Notes: generated from the sequence alone by a model not told the origin. A stretch of 64,000 nucleotides of DNA from Octopus vulgaris (GCA_951406725.2 OX597830.1:21576001-21640000), one strand, 5' to 3'; positions 1 to 14,430 are shown, counted from the stretch's first letter. Numbers and translations: made by a program.

Positions 1-738
1 TCAACAACAAAATGAAACCATTGATCATGTTGTCTCCAAGTGCAGTCTTCTTGCGCCTACAGAGTATCTCAACAGGCATGATAGAGTTGCACAATATATT
101 TACTGGGTAATTTGCAAAAACCTGGATTTGTCCCATGAAAAAATTGGTAGGAGCACAAACCACCTCCAGTGCTTGTAAATGACCACATCTCACTCCTCTG
201 GAACTTCACCATTCAAACTGACAGAAAGATAGGCCAGATATCATATTGAAAGACTTCAAACAAAGAACATGCCTCCTCATTGATATGACTGTCCCAATCG
301 ATATAAACGTATCTGTCAAGACCTACCAAAAACTGAGCAAATATATAGATCTTGAAATAGAAATCAGCAAAATGTGGAAGCTGAAGACTAAAACAATACC
401 TGTTGTCATAGGTGCCCTGGGAATGATAGCAAAAGGGGCTGATTGCTACTTAACTCAGATACCAGGAAACCCCAAAATTGTAGAAACTCAAAAGATAGTG
501 CTCATGGGAACTGCCCATATCCTACGCAAAATACTTTTTGTGTAATCTCAAGTTTTAAAATAAATATAAATTTCGTATGTTTTTTTAGACATTCACTAGT
601 ACAACACCAAAAAAAAACAACAAATATATGGCACACTAAGCATAACAACAACATGAACTTCCAACCTGTTGTCTCTTGAGGTCTCTGGGTGAGACTTGGC
701 GCCAACTTGTACAAATATAAAGCAAAAGTCAAACATAG
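1..738 (+). mobile_element. R4/Dong-type RLE non-LTR retrotransposon, 3' part (family Dong-1), degenerate copy running off the window start
   Basis: Near-identical to 32830-33589. Encodes ETIDHVVSKC..RHD and RPDIILKD..LIDMTVP..KLSKY, with a stop and a deletion. The 3' UTR ends GTCAAACATAG followed by (TAA)n. Confidence 0.9.
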
Positions 739-759
739 AATAATAATAATAATAATAAC

Positions 760-829
<70 letters not shown>

Positions 830-830
<1 letters not shown>

Positions 831-1365
831 GCAGTGGCTCTCGTGGCTTCTGATCGTAACTGATTGGAAATGTATCATGTACATTGTTTTGTCTTGGTAT
901 AAAAGATGGGCTACAGCAAATATTCTGCTCAATACCACAGATTTGCTTGTCAGATGTTTGACCTTAACCAGTTGAGCATGTACCTTAGTGGCTGACGATA
1001 TGTGCATCGCTGATCAAGAGCAGAAGTAGTGGGGGAGCATCGTAGCCGTGTGTTGAAAGGAATTCTTAGAGGTTTGGATAATTCACCTTTGGAAACAGGG
1101 GTGGTTCGTTCAACATCCGTAAACAATCTTTATTCAGGGACCTTTTGAGTGGTATTGGCTACTCGACCAGAACAAAATTCTAACTGGGCCCCACCTGCAA
1201 GGTCATGCGCTGTTTATCTTGATATGAGATCACCATATCACGCACATATGGTTGTGCTGCATGTGCCTAGTGTACCCTTATCAGACGGGTAGTCATGATG
1301 GGTATATTGGGCTTCGTATATTTTACCCCAGTGTCACTCTGATGGCATGCACTGCTCTCTCACTC
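830..1365 (+). mobile_element. Non-coding (TAA)n-embedded retroposon (family D), probably a LINE 3' UTR or non-autonomous derivative
   Basis: Highly similar to 15587-16143 and 20424-20464. All three end at CTCTCTCACTC+(AAT)n with different 5' ends. Confidence 0.75.
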
Positions 1366-1405
1366 AATAATAAAAATAGAAAAAAAAAAATAATAATAAT
1401 AATAA

Positions 1406-1473
<68 letters not shown>

Positions 1474-1628
1474 TTGTATTACATGAAGATATTTCGCTGT
1501 TGCCCCTGCCACTTCCCCACTCCAAGGTTTCAGTCATACTGTAACATCTCTTATCCTTCACTCGCCCTAGGACGCTAGGTGTGTCTCGGCGAGTGAGTGT
1601 AACAAACGTGCAGATTAAAAGTAAGTAA

Positions 1629-1660
<32 letters not shown>

Positions 1661-1842
1661 CTTTTCTACTCTAGGCACAAGGCCCAAAATCCCAGTACGC
1701 AACTGGTATTTAATTTATCGACCCCGAAAGGATAAAAGGCAAAGTCGACTTCGGCAGAATTTGACCTTAGAACATAAAGACGGACGAAATGGCGCTAAGC
1801 ATTTTGTCCGGCATGCTAACGGTGTTGTCAAGCAAGCCGTCT
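1661..1842 (-). mobile_element. tRNA-derived SINE-A, degenerate or deleted copy
   Basis: Core ATCGACCCCGAAAGGAT..AAAGGCAAAGTCGAC plus head remnant GCTAAGCATTTTGTCCGGCATGCTAAC. Confidence 0.75.
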
Positions 1843-1881
1843 TAATGATGCTGATGCCGCCGCTGCTGATGTTGCTGCTGT

Positions 1882-1944
<63 letters not shown>

Positions 1945-3047
1945 CACCAGCAGCACCAGTACTTGACTGGTACTTAATTTTATTGACACCCCTTTCACCA
2001 GAAGATTGAAAGGCAATGTTAACCTTGACGGACTTTGAACTAGGAGCATAAGGTGACGAAACAACTGAAGCATGACAGGTGTTTAAGCGTAAGATTTGCA
2101 TTCAAATCGAATGCTCGAAAGAAATACGAGACAGTATACATACTAAGTGAATATCTGGCAGATTTTTCCCCACGTTAGTCAGGCAAAGTGGCACTATCTA
2201 TTGTGACGTAACACTTCCATATTTTTTCCTTTATCTGCAGTTGACCCACGTCTAGTGTTTTGTTTAGATTTAAATCATTAGCAAAGAATAAATTTGCTGT
2301 AGCTTTTGCTTTTGTTGTTGAAGTTTACTTATTCTCAACTCAAGTTTACTCTATTCTTTACACTTTTATCAACGTGTTGATGTCTGTGTTTACAAATCTT
2401 TCGGTTTGTTCAATTATAATAATTTGTTTACTTCATTTTATTAAATCTGCTTGCTTTTATTTTTTTTTCAAAAAAATTGCTTTCAAAATTTTCAAAAATT
2501 TTTAGGCGTATTCGTGGCTGCCATCTTTGTAGTTAACACCTCTTTTCGCTCGCCCAGACATTGGCCACATTGAATAAACTTAATAAATTGAATAAACATA
2601 TCACAAACGAATACAATGGATGTTTGCAAAAATATAATGAATGCTGAAAGATGAATCCGATGGTTGACCCTTGTGTAATCGGATGGAGGCCCAAATGTTC
2701 TAAAGGCTTTTGTTTGAAAAACAAGCAAATAAATTTTTTTTTTTACGAAATAAGCATGGTAAAGTATAACTTATTTTTGTATATCTGCAGCTTTGTTAAT
2801 AGCAGTAACTGTGTGCCATAATGTGTGGTGTATTGCGTTAGTGTGTGTGTGTGTTTTCGTTCTCTTTTCATATTTTCTCTGCCTTTCGCTCCCTCGTTCT
2901 TTTTCTCCCTTTCTCTCTTTCCCTATTCTCTCTCTCTCACACACACACATACACACACACTCACTATGTGTAAGTGTGTGTGTGTGTGGGTGGGTGTGGG
3001 GGTGTGTATCGTTTCGCTACCTCGCTCCCTTGTTTCGCAATAATGAA

Positions 3048-3167
<120 letters not shown>

Positions 3168-3314
3168 AATGATGCTGATGCTGATGATGATGATCTTTAT
3201 TTTATTGTTGCCACAAGGGTCTTTTCTTCAAATACAATAGCAACGTCATAAATAGAGGGTTTACAAAACTTTGAGATGCACAAACGAAGTTTTATGAAAA
3301 CAGAGCAAACATAT

Positions 3315-3396
<82 letters not shown>

Positions 3397-3529
3397 CATA
3401 CATACATTCATACACACACACACAGAAACAAACAAACATTTATAAATTAATGTGTTTAATTATGACAAATGTTTATCATAAATTTTTTATATAACTTAAA
3501 TACGATAGATAATTATATAAAACGATAAT

Positions 3530-3585
<56 letters not shown>

Positions 3586-3680
3586 CACTATTGTGTCTGG
3601 AGAGAGTCATTTTCTTTCTGTGCCTTATAATTTAACACACTCACCGGTAAAATTTCCATTTATTTCTTATTTTTATTTTC

Positions 3681-3717
3681 CTAAAATTTTCGTTGCGTCT
3701 CACAACCTTTTCAATAG
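3681..3717 (-). ncRNA. Possible minimal type I hammerhead-like motif (U3-A8 variant) in a short cassette next to (TA)n
   Basis: Minus strand reads CUA-UUGAAAA-G-GUUGU-gagac-GCAAC-GAAA-AU-UU-UAG. Helix I is only 3 bp. Confidence 0.3.
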
Positions 3718-4074
3718 TCTTTAAATAAAACCCTCCATTCAATAACACTGTGTACAAACTGTATACTTGGAATGACCAATTTTAAATACTATTGGAACTT
3801 ACTCACAAGGTACTGAGCAATTGATGTTATGATTGCACAACTGGATGTGACGGGAATAAGGAAGCCTTGGTCTTCGACTTATCATCCTGAGAATGAAGCT
3901 AGACTTTTAATCATCTATGCAGATACAAGTCATGTTGTATCTGCGAGTATTGGTACTGTTAAAATAGGAGCCTGGGGTAGCTGTTAGTGTTACAGCTGGT
4001 TTTGTTCCTCTCTCCTTTCTTCTAAATTTCTTCTGGACAAGTAACCTCAAATGGAAATGAGACGTGTGCTTACG

Positions 4075-4450
4075 TCACCAGTTACGGGAACGTAAAGACA
4101 CCAACACCGGTTGTCAAGTGGTGGTGGGAGACAAACACAGTCACAAAGACACACGGTTTTTGTATACAAAATCCACTCACAAAGATTTGGTCGGCCCGAG
4201 ACTATGGTAGAAGATACTTGTCCTAAGCGCCACGCAGTGGGACTGAACCCGGAACCATGTGGTTTGGAAGCAAACTTCTTATTTCTTTATTGCCCACAAG
4301 AGGCTAAACATAGAGGGAACAAACAACGACAGACAAAGGGATTAAGTCGATTACATCGACCTCAGTGTGTAACTGGTATTTAATTTATCGACCCCGGAAG
4401 GATGAAAAGCAAAGTCGATTCAATTCCTTACCACACAGTTACGCTTACGT
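4075..4450 (-). mobile_element. SINE-B (tRNA head plus CORE-like block) interrupted in its head by a 5'-truncated SINE-A (4280-4420)
   Basis: The SINE-B head GTGTGGTA|AGAAGTTTGCTTCCAAACCACATGGTTCCGGGTTCAGTCCC is split by a SINE-A body ending GGCAATAAAGAAATA. Confidence 0.8.
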
Positions 4451-5105
4451 CTAAATTTCTTTTTCTATCTTTTTCAAAAAAGATAAAACTCAGCTAAAAA
4501 TGCATTTACGTAGATTCCAAACTTTTGGCAGGTAAGTGTTTTCTCGGTTTGTTTATTTATATTAGAAATTTCCCCGTTGTCAACAGCACAAGCAAATGCT
4601 AAACTGTTGAGGTTTTTGCCCCGCTGTCATGTTCAATAGAGGAAGAATGTGTTTTCGTGTGTGAGAACGTCTACTTCAATTTAATGCTTTCTGTTTTTTA
4701 CTTCTTTCAGAAAATTTAATATTTTTTTCCTCCTTGTAAGCTGTTTGTAGTTTGCTGCGTGATTAAGTTGGCGTTTTTTGACTTTCATTCTCTGGTCTTA
4801 CATTCAAGTGAAGATTTTGATGGGCGTTGTCTCTCTCTCTCTCTTTCTCTGGTTAATGTCAACCATTTACGGGTTGAATGTACACACACACTCTCACACA
4901 CAAACACATGCACACAAGAAGCAAATATTGTTTAAACGGTTTGAAAATGACCAGGTTTAACACTTACTGCTTCGAAGTCATTTTCAGAAATGCTCTGGTA
5001 GTTTTCTCCGAAGGAACTATTTAAAACTGAATGCATTAAACTTCAGTTACACTTGGTATAAAAGTATCTAAATCGTACGTATTTTTGTATCGAATACAAA
5101 ACAAC

Positions 5106-5387
5106 AAGGCGGCGAGCTGGCAGAAACGTTAGCACGCCGAGCGAAATGCTGAGCGTTATTTCGTCTGTCTTTATGTTCTGAGTTCAAATTCCGCCGGAGG
5201 TCGACTTTGCCTTTCATCCTTTCGAGGTCGATAAATCAAGTACCAGTTATGCACTGGGGTCGATGTAATCGACTTAATACCTTTGTCTGTCCTTGTTTGT
5301 TCCCTCTGTGTTTAACCCCATGTGGGCAATAAAAAAATAAGAAACGTTAGCACGCCGGGCGAAATGCTTAGCGTTATTTTGTCTGTA
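5106..5387 (+). mobile_element. Full SINE-A (5106-5339) followed by a repeated partial head (5340-5387)
   Basis: Head AAGGCGGCGAGCTGGCAGAAACGTTAGC, B-box-like GAGTTCAAATTCC, core GTCGACTTTGCCTTTCATCCTTTCG, tail GTTTGTTCCCTCTGTGTTTAACCCCATGTGGGCAATAAA. Confidence 0.85.
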
Positions 5388-5389
5388 GA

Positions 5390-5984
5390 AGTCTGTGTAG
5401 AGTTAGCTAGAGTAGATATAGACTCCTATGTAGGTAGTAGTGAAGGAAGTTTATTAAGAGCTGTTAGAGTCACAGCAAAACATAGGGAAATTAAAAAAAA
5501 CAAACGGAGTTAAAAACCAGAAAAAAGAACAAAAGTTATCTGACTGGCAGGACAAGGATTTGCATGGTAGATTTCTAAAGATATTTGCAGCAAATAGTAG
5601 CAATGAGACATGGTCATGGTTGCAGAAAGGAAGGCTGAAAAGGAAAATAGCAAGTTTGTTAGTAACAGCACAAGATCAAGCATTCGTGACTAATTGGATA
5701 AAAGCCAAGATAGACAAAAACCAAGTAGATTCCCAATGTAAGTTATGCAAATCAGAAGAGGAAAGTATTAATCACATAGTAAGTGAATGTAGCATGCTGG
5801 CACAGAAAGAATACAAGAAAAGACATGACATCCTAAGGAGAGTAATCCACTGGGAGTTATGTAGAAAGTTAGGATTTGACTATACTGATAAACAGTATGA
5901 ACATGAACCTAGTAAAGTACTAGAAAGCAAGAAATATAAAATGTTGTAGGACTTTAATATTCAGACTGACAGAGAAATAGATGC
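5390..5984 (+). mobile_element. R4/Dong-like RLE LINE fragment (family Dong-3), 3'-truncated
   Basis: ORF 5560-5949 has HGRF..W.WL..AQDQ..CKLC..ESINHIVSEC..YKKRHD..IHWELC (CCHC knuckle plus RHD). It breaks just before the RPD motif. Confidence 0.85.
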
Positions 5985-6690
5985 TTTGGCCACGAACTGG
6001 AGGGTCAACCTTAGAAATGAACAAGTGCCACCTCTGTTCTATTGCAGATGAAACCATTGCCCCTACCATGAACGAATGCCCTAGACTTGCTCCAAACCAC
6101 TACAAGTTGTGGGGACACGACCAGGTAGCAAAATTGCTACATTAGAAATTGTTCGAAAAGTGGGGGCTAGAGAAATGCAAGACATGGTATGAGCCCAAAC
6201 AGCAGCGAGTGGTGGAGTTGGACACTAGCAAAATCCTCTGTGATTTCCCAATCCAAACAGATCAGATGACAGAGCATAAGAGACCGGACCTAGTGGTGGT
6301 GGACAAGGTACACCACATATGCTATATAGTTGATGTTGCATGCCCCTTTGCCCTACGAATAATCAAGAAGAAAGACGAAAAGGGAGATAGATACGACCCT
6401 CTTAAGTACGAAATAGCCCAGCTATGGAAAATGAGGAAGGTGAAGATAGTACCAATTATTGTTGGGTCATTGGGAACAGTATCAGAAGGTATTAAGAGGG
6501 ATATAAAGGAAATTGGAAGAGAGTGCCCAGTAGAACTGTTTCAAAAGGTTTGTCTCCTTGGTCTCGACCAGAATGATCAGAAACGTATTAGATAGCTGAA
6601 AATAACGAATAGCATGGTACCATAGGCTGCAGGTAATAAGCCCGTTACACATGCAAGATTCCAGGAGCAACAAAACCTGTGATATAAATA
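5985..6690 (+). mobile_element. R4/Dong-like RLE LINE 3' end (family Dong-4), degenerate
   Basis: KCHLC..ET..ECP..HDQVAK, then ORF 6149-6595 with RPDLVVVD..DVACP..K..RY..PIIVGSLG. Ends in (TAA)n at ~6690. Confidence 0.85.
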
Positions 6691-6759
<69 letters not shown>

Positions 6760-7270
6760 TTTTTTTATTAACCACAAAGGGTTTACATAAAAAAAACATA
6801 ATGGACGATAAAGGACAAAAGATTGTGTGTGTGAGTGTGTGAGTGTGTGTGTGTGTATGTGTGTATGTGTGTGTGTGTTTGTATATGTGTGTGTGTGAGC
6901 ACGCATGCGTGTACACTTTGTTACCAGGGAGATGGATACTGGTGACGATGAAAATGGTAGACATAAAGTACGGGGATATACATAGAGAAATTAAACATGG
7001 TAGACAGCATGTGTGGAAAAAGTAAGGAAATAAAAGCATGATAACAATGCGATTTTCCTGACACGGAAGGACTCACTCCTAGGGCAACCAAGAGACCCCC
7101 ACAGATACGGAGTCAACCTTCCCAATAGGAGCACCATAAGAAGTGTCCCTCACACCCTCTGTAATTTTTAGCTAACAGGTGCATGCTGTGTGTAGATCCG
7201 TTCGTTGGTGCTATTTTCGCTACATTCACCTCGCCTCCTTACAAATTTGCTAGGAATTTGGGAGCAGCAC

Positions 7271-7324
<54 letters not shown>

Positions 7325-7795
7325 TTCTCCCTCTAACCCCCTCTCCCCCTCTCTCTCTCTCTCTATTCTCACTTCTCTTTCCAGTGGAACTTGAATATTC
7401 AACATCAGTTATTACATGACCAATAGATAGAGCACAACTAGCGAATGATACCAAACAGACTTTGACAAAAAACTAAACTAAAACAACAGCTACTATCACC
7501 ACAACCAGCATCACTACAAACAGCAATAGTAGATGTAAAGTAGTTGTTGTTGTTGTTGTCGTCGTTGTAGTAACAGCAGCGGCAGCGTCAGCAACACCTA
7601 TTAAATTAATAGCCACATGCAACAGTAAAATATTCAAGCGAAATAAAATACCGAAATGCGCGCGCAAGTATATGTGGACAAGTGCGTGTGTGTGTATGTG
7701 ATATACATAAATTCCCATACGCACACATTTGTATATATATGTATATATACACACACACACATATATATATATATAGATACATAAACATATATGTA

Positions 7796-7847
<52 letters not shown>

Positions 7848-8560
7848 CAGACACACACATACACACATACATATATACATACGTACATACACACACGCAC
7901 ACACACACATATACACACACACATATATTGAACAGATATACTTATACATATATATCTTTAAAGTCACCAACAACAAAAAAGCAAAAGTCATTTTCAAGCT
8001 ATCAACAGCAACAGACACAATAACAAACCTCGTTTCAGACACACCAACAGTTAGTAACAAACAGCTCCAATGTGGATCACAATAAAAAAAAAAGCGAAAC
8101 GGCAGACATTTTGTATCACGATATTTTCTTTATATTTTGTGTATTTCTTGTATCAGTTTATATATTTTATTGCTCTTTTTTTTTATTTTATCAATAACTT
8201 CAATATATATTATATTTCTTCTAGCGTATTTTTTCTTAATCTATGCATATATAGATACATACATATATACAAATACGAAGACACACATGCGGTTCTAGAC
8301 ACTCACATATATGTAGGTATATTTGTATGTATGTGTGTGTGTGTGTATGTGTGTGCGCGCGCGCGTGTTTTTGAACCTATTCTCAGATGATATGGCTGTG
8401 TGGTTCAGAAGTAACTTCCAAACCATGTGCTATGTGTTCAGTCCCACTGTTCAGCAAGTATCTTCAACAACAGCCGGGTCGATCAATGCCTTGAGAGGGA
8501 ATATGGTAAACGGAAACTGTGTATATGTGTAATGTATATGCATATGTATATGCATATCTA

Positions 8561-8606
<46 letters not shown>

Positions 8607-9129
8607 ACAATAATTAAGGGTTTAGCAACAAGTTGCTTAACCACACACCGAAAAATTTAGAAATAGCAGCCAAAAGACCGTTATTTCTTTTCGATACAAA
8701 ATATGACTCCATAGATAACACTCTCTATAACTCACACAGGCAAGAAAGAAGGAAAATGATGAAATCAAACAGTCTTCGGTTAATTATGGACGCGTTTCTG
8801 GATTAAAATTATAAAACTATATATATACATACATATACATATATACTTAGAACGATGCGAACAAACTTTTTGACACTTTATTTCCACATCGCTAGACAAT
8901 TAGTGTAAGTTTGTTCGCATCCTTGTAACTTTGAGGTCTGACAAAAGAATCGATATAATAAGTACTTGATTTTTAGCGCGTCATCTTTGGGGGTCATTTG
9001 TTTCACTAAACTCTCCAAGGTGCTGTCCTAGTATGGATACAAATCTCTGACTGAAACATGTTAAAGAATTCATCAAGTACGTCAGTGTATTTATACATAT
9101 ATACAAAAAGAGAAGACAAGAGTTATCCA

Positions 9130-9168
9130 TCGCCTGATGATTGCACTTGGCTGAAACTCGAGTCGCAA
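9130..9168 (+). ncRNA. Degenerate minimal type I hammerhead-like motif
   Basis: CUGAUGA (9134-9140)...GAAA-C-UCGA-G-UC (9153-9164), with a palindromic helix III loop. Helices I and II pair poorly. Confidence 0.35.
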
Positions 9169-9517
9169 AAACAAGCTTTCAGCTCCAGTTTTAACTATAT
9201 ACATATATAAAATGTATGTATATGTATGTATGTATGTATGTATTTATAAAATGTATGTATATGCATGTATGTATGTATTTATCGGTAAAGTTCCATATCT
9301 GGCTAATAACTGGTCATGACACTGGGCAATCAAATACTGTGGTGTTGATGTCGGTGTTTGTGATGGTGGAGGCGGTGTCGGTAACTGTGGTCGTTCTTGT
9401 AATGTGTTGTGATGGCGTCTGTCTCTCGACGTCACTCAATACACACGCACGCATACACACACATATATATGTATATATATATATCTACGTATTTCTGTAT
9501 ATATGTATACATACATA

Positions 9518-9603
<86 letters not shown>

Positions 9604-9645
9604 CATACATACATACATACATACATACACACATACATATATATA

Positions 9646-9698
<53 letters not shown>

Positions 9699-9755
9699 GC
9701 ATATGTATATATGTGTGTGTATGTATGTGGCTATATTTGTACATATGTATGTGTG

Positions 9756-9847
<92 letters not shown>

Positions 9848-10199
9848 AGCCTGTTTCTCTCTCTCTCTCTCTCTACTTCAAACCCTATATACATATGCGT
9901 GTGTATATATATATATGTATATATATAAAATCCTCAACACTTCTCTCCCTTTCTCTCATTCTCTCTCTCATTCTTTCTCTCTCTCCCCTAAAATCTCTCT
10001 GTAGATCGCTGACGGTGTCTTACGAGAAATGTTTCCACCATCAATTATCTCCTCCCAAATGAAATGAAACTAAACTAAAATAAACAAAACGAAGAACAGA
10101 AACAGAATCTGGTTTCCACCTTCATTTCTTTATTTTGTTTCCTTTTGTTTTTCTCTTCTTCGAAAGGAAACTTTCCTATTTTATCTCACGGTTGTCTAC

Positions 10200-10392
10200 G
10201 TTTCCTTCTTCTCCCTTCAGTTCTTCTTCTTCTTCTTCTTCTTCTTCTTCTTCTTCTTCTTCTTCTTCTTCTTCTTCTATTTTCTTCTATTTTGGCTTCT
10301 TCTTTTCCGACTTTTTCTTCTTTTTTGCTTCTTTTCCCTCTTTTTTGCTTCTTTTCCCTCTTTTTCATCTTCTTTTTCTTCTTTTCTTGCGT

Positions 10393-10425
<33 letters not shown>

Positions 10426-10830
10426 TTCTTCTTCTTCTTCTTCTTCTTCTTCTTCTTCTTCTTCTTCTCCTTCCTCCTTCTCCTCCTCTCCTCCTTTTCT
10501 TTTCCTTCTTTTTCTTCTCTTTCCTCTTTTTCTTATATCTTCATCATCTACCTTTTTCTTCTTATTCTCCTCCTTCTTCTTCTTCTTCTTCTTCTTCTTC
10601 TTCTTCTTCTTCTTCTTCTTCTTCTGCTGCTTCTTCTTCTTCTTCTTCTTCTCCTTCTTCTTCTTTTCTTTGCTTCATCTCCTTCCTCTTCTTTTTCTTT
10701 CGGTTTATTTTTATTTTTTCCTTCCTCTCCTCTCCCTTTTTCTTTTTTCTTTTTCTTCTTCTTTATCATGATCATGATCCTCATCACCACAATCATCGTG
10801 TTCCTCACCATCACCATCATTTCCTCATCA
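10200..10830. repeat. Polypyrimidine (CTT)n/(CTTT)n low-complexity tract
   Basis: Direct reading. A mirror purine tract (GAAA)n lies at 13245-13583. Confidence 0.9.
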
Positions 10831-10978
10831 TGATCGTTTCCTCTTCTCCTTCCCCATTCTCTTTCTTCTACATTTTTTTTTTTCAGTTTCTTTGTAATTT
10901 TTCAATTATTCCTCGTTGCTACATATAATTCTTCAAATTTTGCTTCCACCTTCCATGTTATTACATATATATATTATT

Positions 10979-11048
<70 letters not shown>

Positions 11049-11124
11049 CATATATACATATATATATATATACATACATATATACATATATATATATATT
11101 ATATATATATACACATATATATAT

Positions 11125-11235
<111 letters not shown>

Positions 11236-12035
11236 GTATATATATATATATATATATACGTGTGTATATAGATATAGATATAGATATAAATATATATATA
11301 TATGTAGATGGATAGATAGATAGATAGATATAGATATAGTTGTTGTTGTTGTTGCCATAGATGCATCAGTCGCTAGAGTTAATGCTGATCTTGATACTGC
11401 TGTTGTTATTGCTAATGCAACTGCTTCTCCTGCTGCTGTTGCTACTGCTGCTGCTACTGTTGTTGTTGTTATTGTTGTTACAACTCTTGTTTACCGCTCT
11501 TCTGATATTTTTGTTTTGTCTTTTGTCTTTTATAGCGTCAACATTACCATTAGCAAACAACATCGCCACTAACCCCAACACCACGTACACCAACCAACAC
11601 CACAATCCAATAAGAAAGACAACAACAACAACAACAATAACAACTGCAACAACAACGACATAAGTCTTTCCAACAACAACAACAACAACAAAACTATAAC
11701 CACTGCCATCGCAACCACTCCCACAATTGCCAAAACTGTTGATATCAGCGAAAACTCCTTCCGTCGTTTACGGTTTACATCATTCCTTATCAGGTTGTCC
11801 CCTTTTTTTACTGTATTACAAACGTAATTCATACATGCCCATACATAAACACACATACATATATCATACACCCACACACACATATATATACATATATATA
11901 TATATATACATATATTCATACACATTTATACGTATGTACGTATATACAAATACATATACGTATATACGTATACATATGCATAAACGTATATAATATGTAT
12001 GTCTGTGTGTGTATGTATGTATACAAATCCATACA

Positions 12036-12091
<56 letters not shown>

Positions 12092-12366
12092 GTGTGTGTG
12101 TGTATGGTTCTAGATAAGCATGTGCACCGATGTATCTATATATATGCACATATATATATATACATACACACATATATATATATATGCACATATATATATA
12201 CATACACACACACATATATACACATACGTATATACAAATACATATACGTAGATACGTATACATATACATTAACGAATATATATGCGTGTGTGTCTGTGTG
12301 TGTGTATGGATGTATATATACATATCCGTACTATATATATATATACATATATATACATATATATAC

Positions 12367-12418
<52 letters not shown>

Positions 12419-12826
12419 CCGTATTATATATATATCTGTGTGTGTGTATGGTCCTAGATACGCATGTGCACCGATGTATGTATATATGCAGATAAACGCA
12501 GAGAAACATATACGTATAAACTTCGTGCATATCCAAAGCGACACACATACACACACACACACATGCAAACGCTTTCGCACAAACAACACTCTGTTACAAA
12601 TAAGTGAATGAGGTTGACAACTAGCATGTAGGCAATTAAATACGTCTATTACACTCGTTATATAATACGTAGGAAATTATCCAGCGACGTACAGATAAGA
12701 GGCTTCCTATTAATGAAGACATGTTTCTTTCCTTATATCTCAAAGATTTTACTTTCTACACAATGCCTTACCAAAATTTCGTATACAAATATTCTTTCAC
12801 GCGTATTTGAACATTAAAAAATACGC

Positions 12827-12861
<35 letters not shown>

Positions 12862-13418
12862 CATACATACATACACACAAATACGCAAACGTTCACACAT
12901 ACAGCCATTCATACACACACATAAATAGATATACACATACACGCATACACACAAATACACACACGCATATACATGCACACGCAAATGCACAAATGCATAC
13001 AAATACATACACATTCATTCGTTCACATACACACACAGAGAAATATACACATAAATACATACACACACATATATACACACACACGCATGCATACACGCGC
13101 ACACACATACGCGCGCGCACACACACACACACATGCATACACAACTTGCCTTGAGAGTCGTCGTGACATGGTCTTTGATATACGACATGTGTAGCATATT
13201 TAAACCTGTTGGGAGTCCATGTCTCTGATCGTAAATTCCTCCAGAGAAAAAGGAAGGAAGAAATGAAGGAAGAAAGAAACGAAAAAAGAGAGGAAGAAAG
13301 AAAGAAAGAAAGGAAGGAAGGAAGGAAGAAACGAAAAAAGAGAGGAAGAGAGGAAGAAAGAAAGAAAGAAAGAACTAAAGAAAGAAAGGAAAGAAGGAAG
13401 AAAGAAAGGAAGGAAGGA

Positions 13419-13470
<52 letters not shown>

Positions 13471-13525
13471 AGGAAGGAGGGAAGGAAGAAGGAAAGAAGG
13501 AAAGAAGGAAAGAAAGAAATAAGGA

Positions 13526-13584
<59 letters not shown>

Positions 13585-13870
13585 GTTGATTCTGCCTCAG
13601 CTATTGACATATGTTTTGTTAACAGGAAATAAGGAAAGGCGAAGGAGACTTCGGAAAGCTCAGAAAGCAGCAACGTATAACCCAAGGTGTTCGTCTGCGT
13701 GTGTGCGTGTGTATGTGTGTGTGTGTGTGTGTGTGTGTCTATGTATCTGTCTGTCTGTCGGTCGGTTTGCCTGTGTGTATGTCTGTCTGTCTGTATGTAT
13801 GTATGTATGTATGTATGTCTGTCTGTCTGTCTGTCTGTATGTATGTATGTATGTATGTATGTATGTATAC

Positions 13871-14218
13871 ATTCATCAGTTTTATATCAAGATTTCTTTC
13901 CAATAAAGAATGAGGCGGTTTCTAACCAAGATCCAAGGCTCCGTCATTGGAATTCCAACCACACTAACAGGGTTATTTTTGTATGTATGTATGTATGTAT
14001 GTATGTATGTATGTATGTATGTATACGGATTTGTATGTTTTGTTTTATGTATGCATTCGCATGCATAAAGCTACATGTCTAGACATGCTCATATATACTT
14101 AAATGATAAACTTCTTGAATGTTTTACATATTTTCACAGTTCCAGTGATGGATTGGATCTGTAGTCCTTGAATTAGTTTTACCCTTTCTGGTTTTGCGAA
14201 GACTAATTTCTCAAGATT
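13871..14218 (-). mobile_element. 5'-truncated RLE-type non-LTR retrotransposon 3' end embedded in (TACA)n
   Basis: 14218-14099 translates NLEKLVFAKPERVKLIQGLQIQSITGTVKICKTFKKFII*, followed by a 3' UTR. (TATG)n flanks both sides. A related peptide lies at 57555-57715. Confidence 0.65.
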
Positions 14219-14430
14219 GGTATGTATGTATGTATGTATGTATGTATGTATGTATGTATGTATGTATGTATGTATGTATGTATGTATGTATGTATGTATG
14301 TATGTATTTATGTATGTATGTATGCATGCATGTATGTATGTATTTATGTATGTATGTATGTATGTATGTATGTATGTATGTATGCATGCATGTATGTATT
14401 TATGTATTTATGTATGTATGTATGTATGTG

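Noticed and set aside
7188-7256. miR-10-like words (TGTAGATCCG ... ACAAATT)
   Set aside because: The ACCCTG seed is missing and the arms do not pair.
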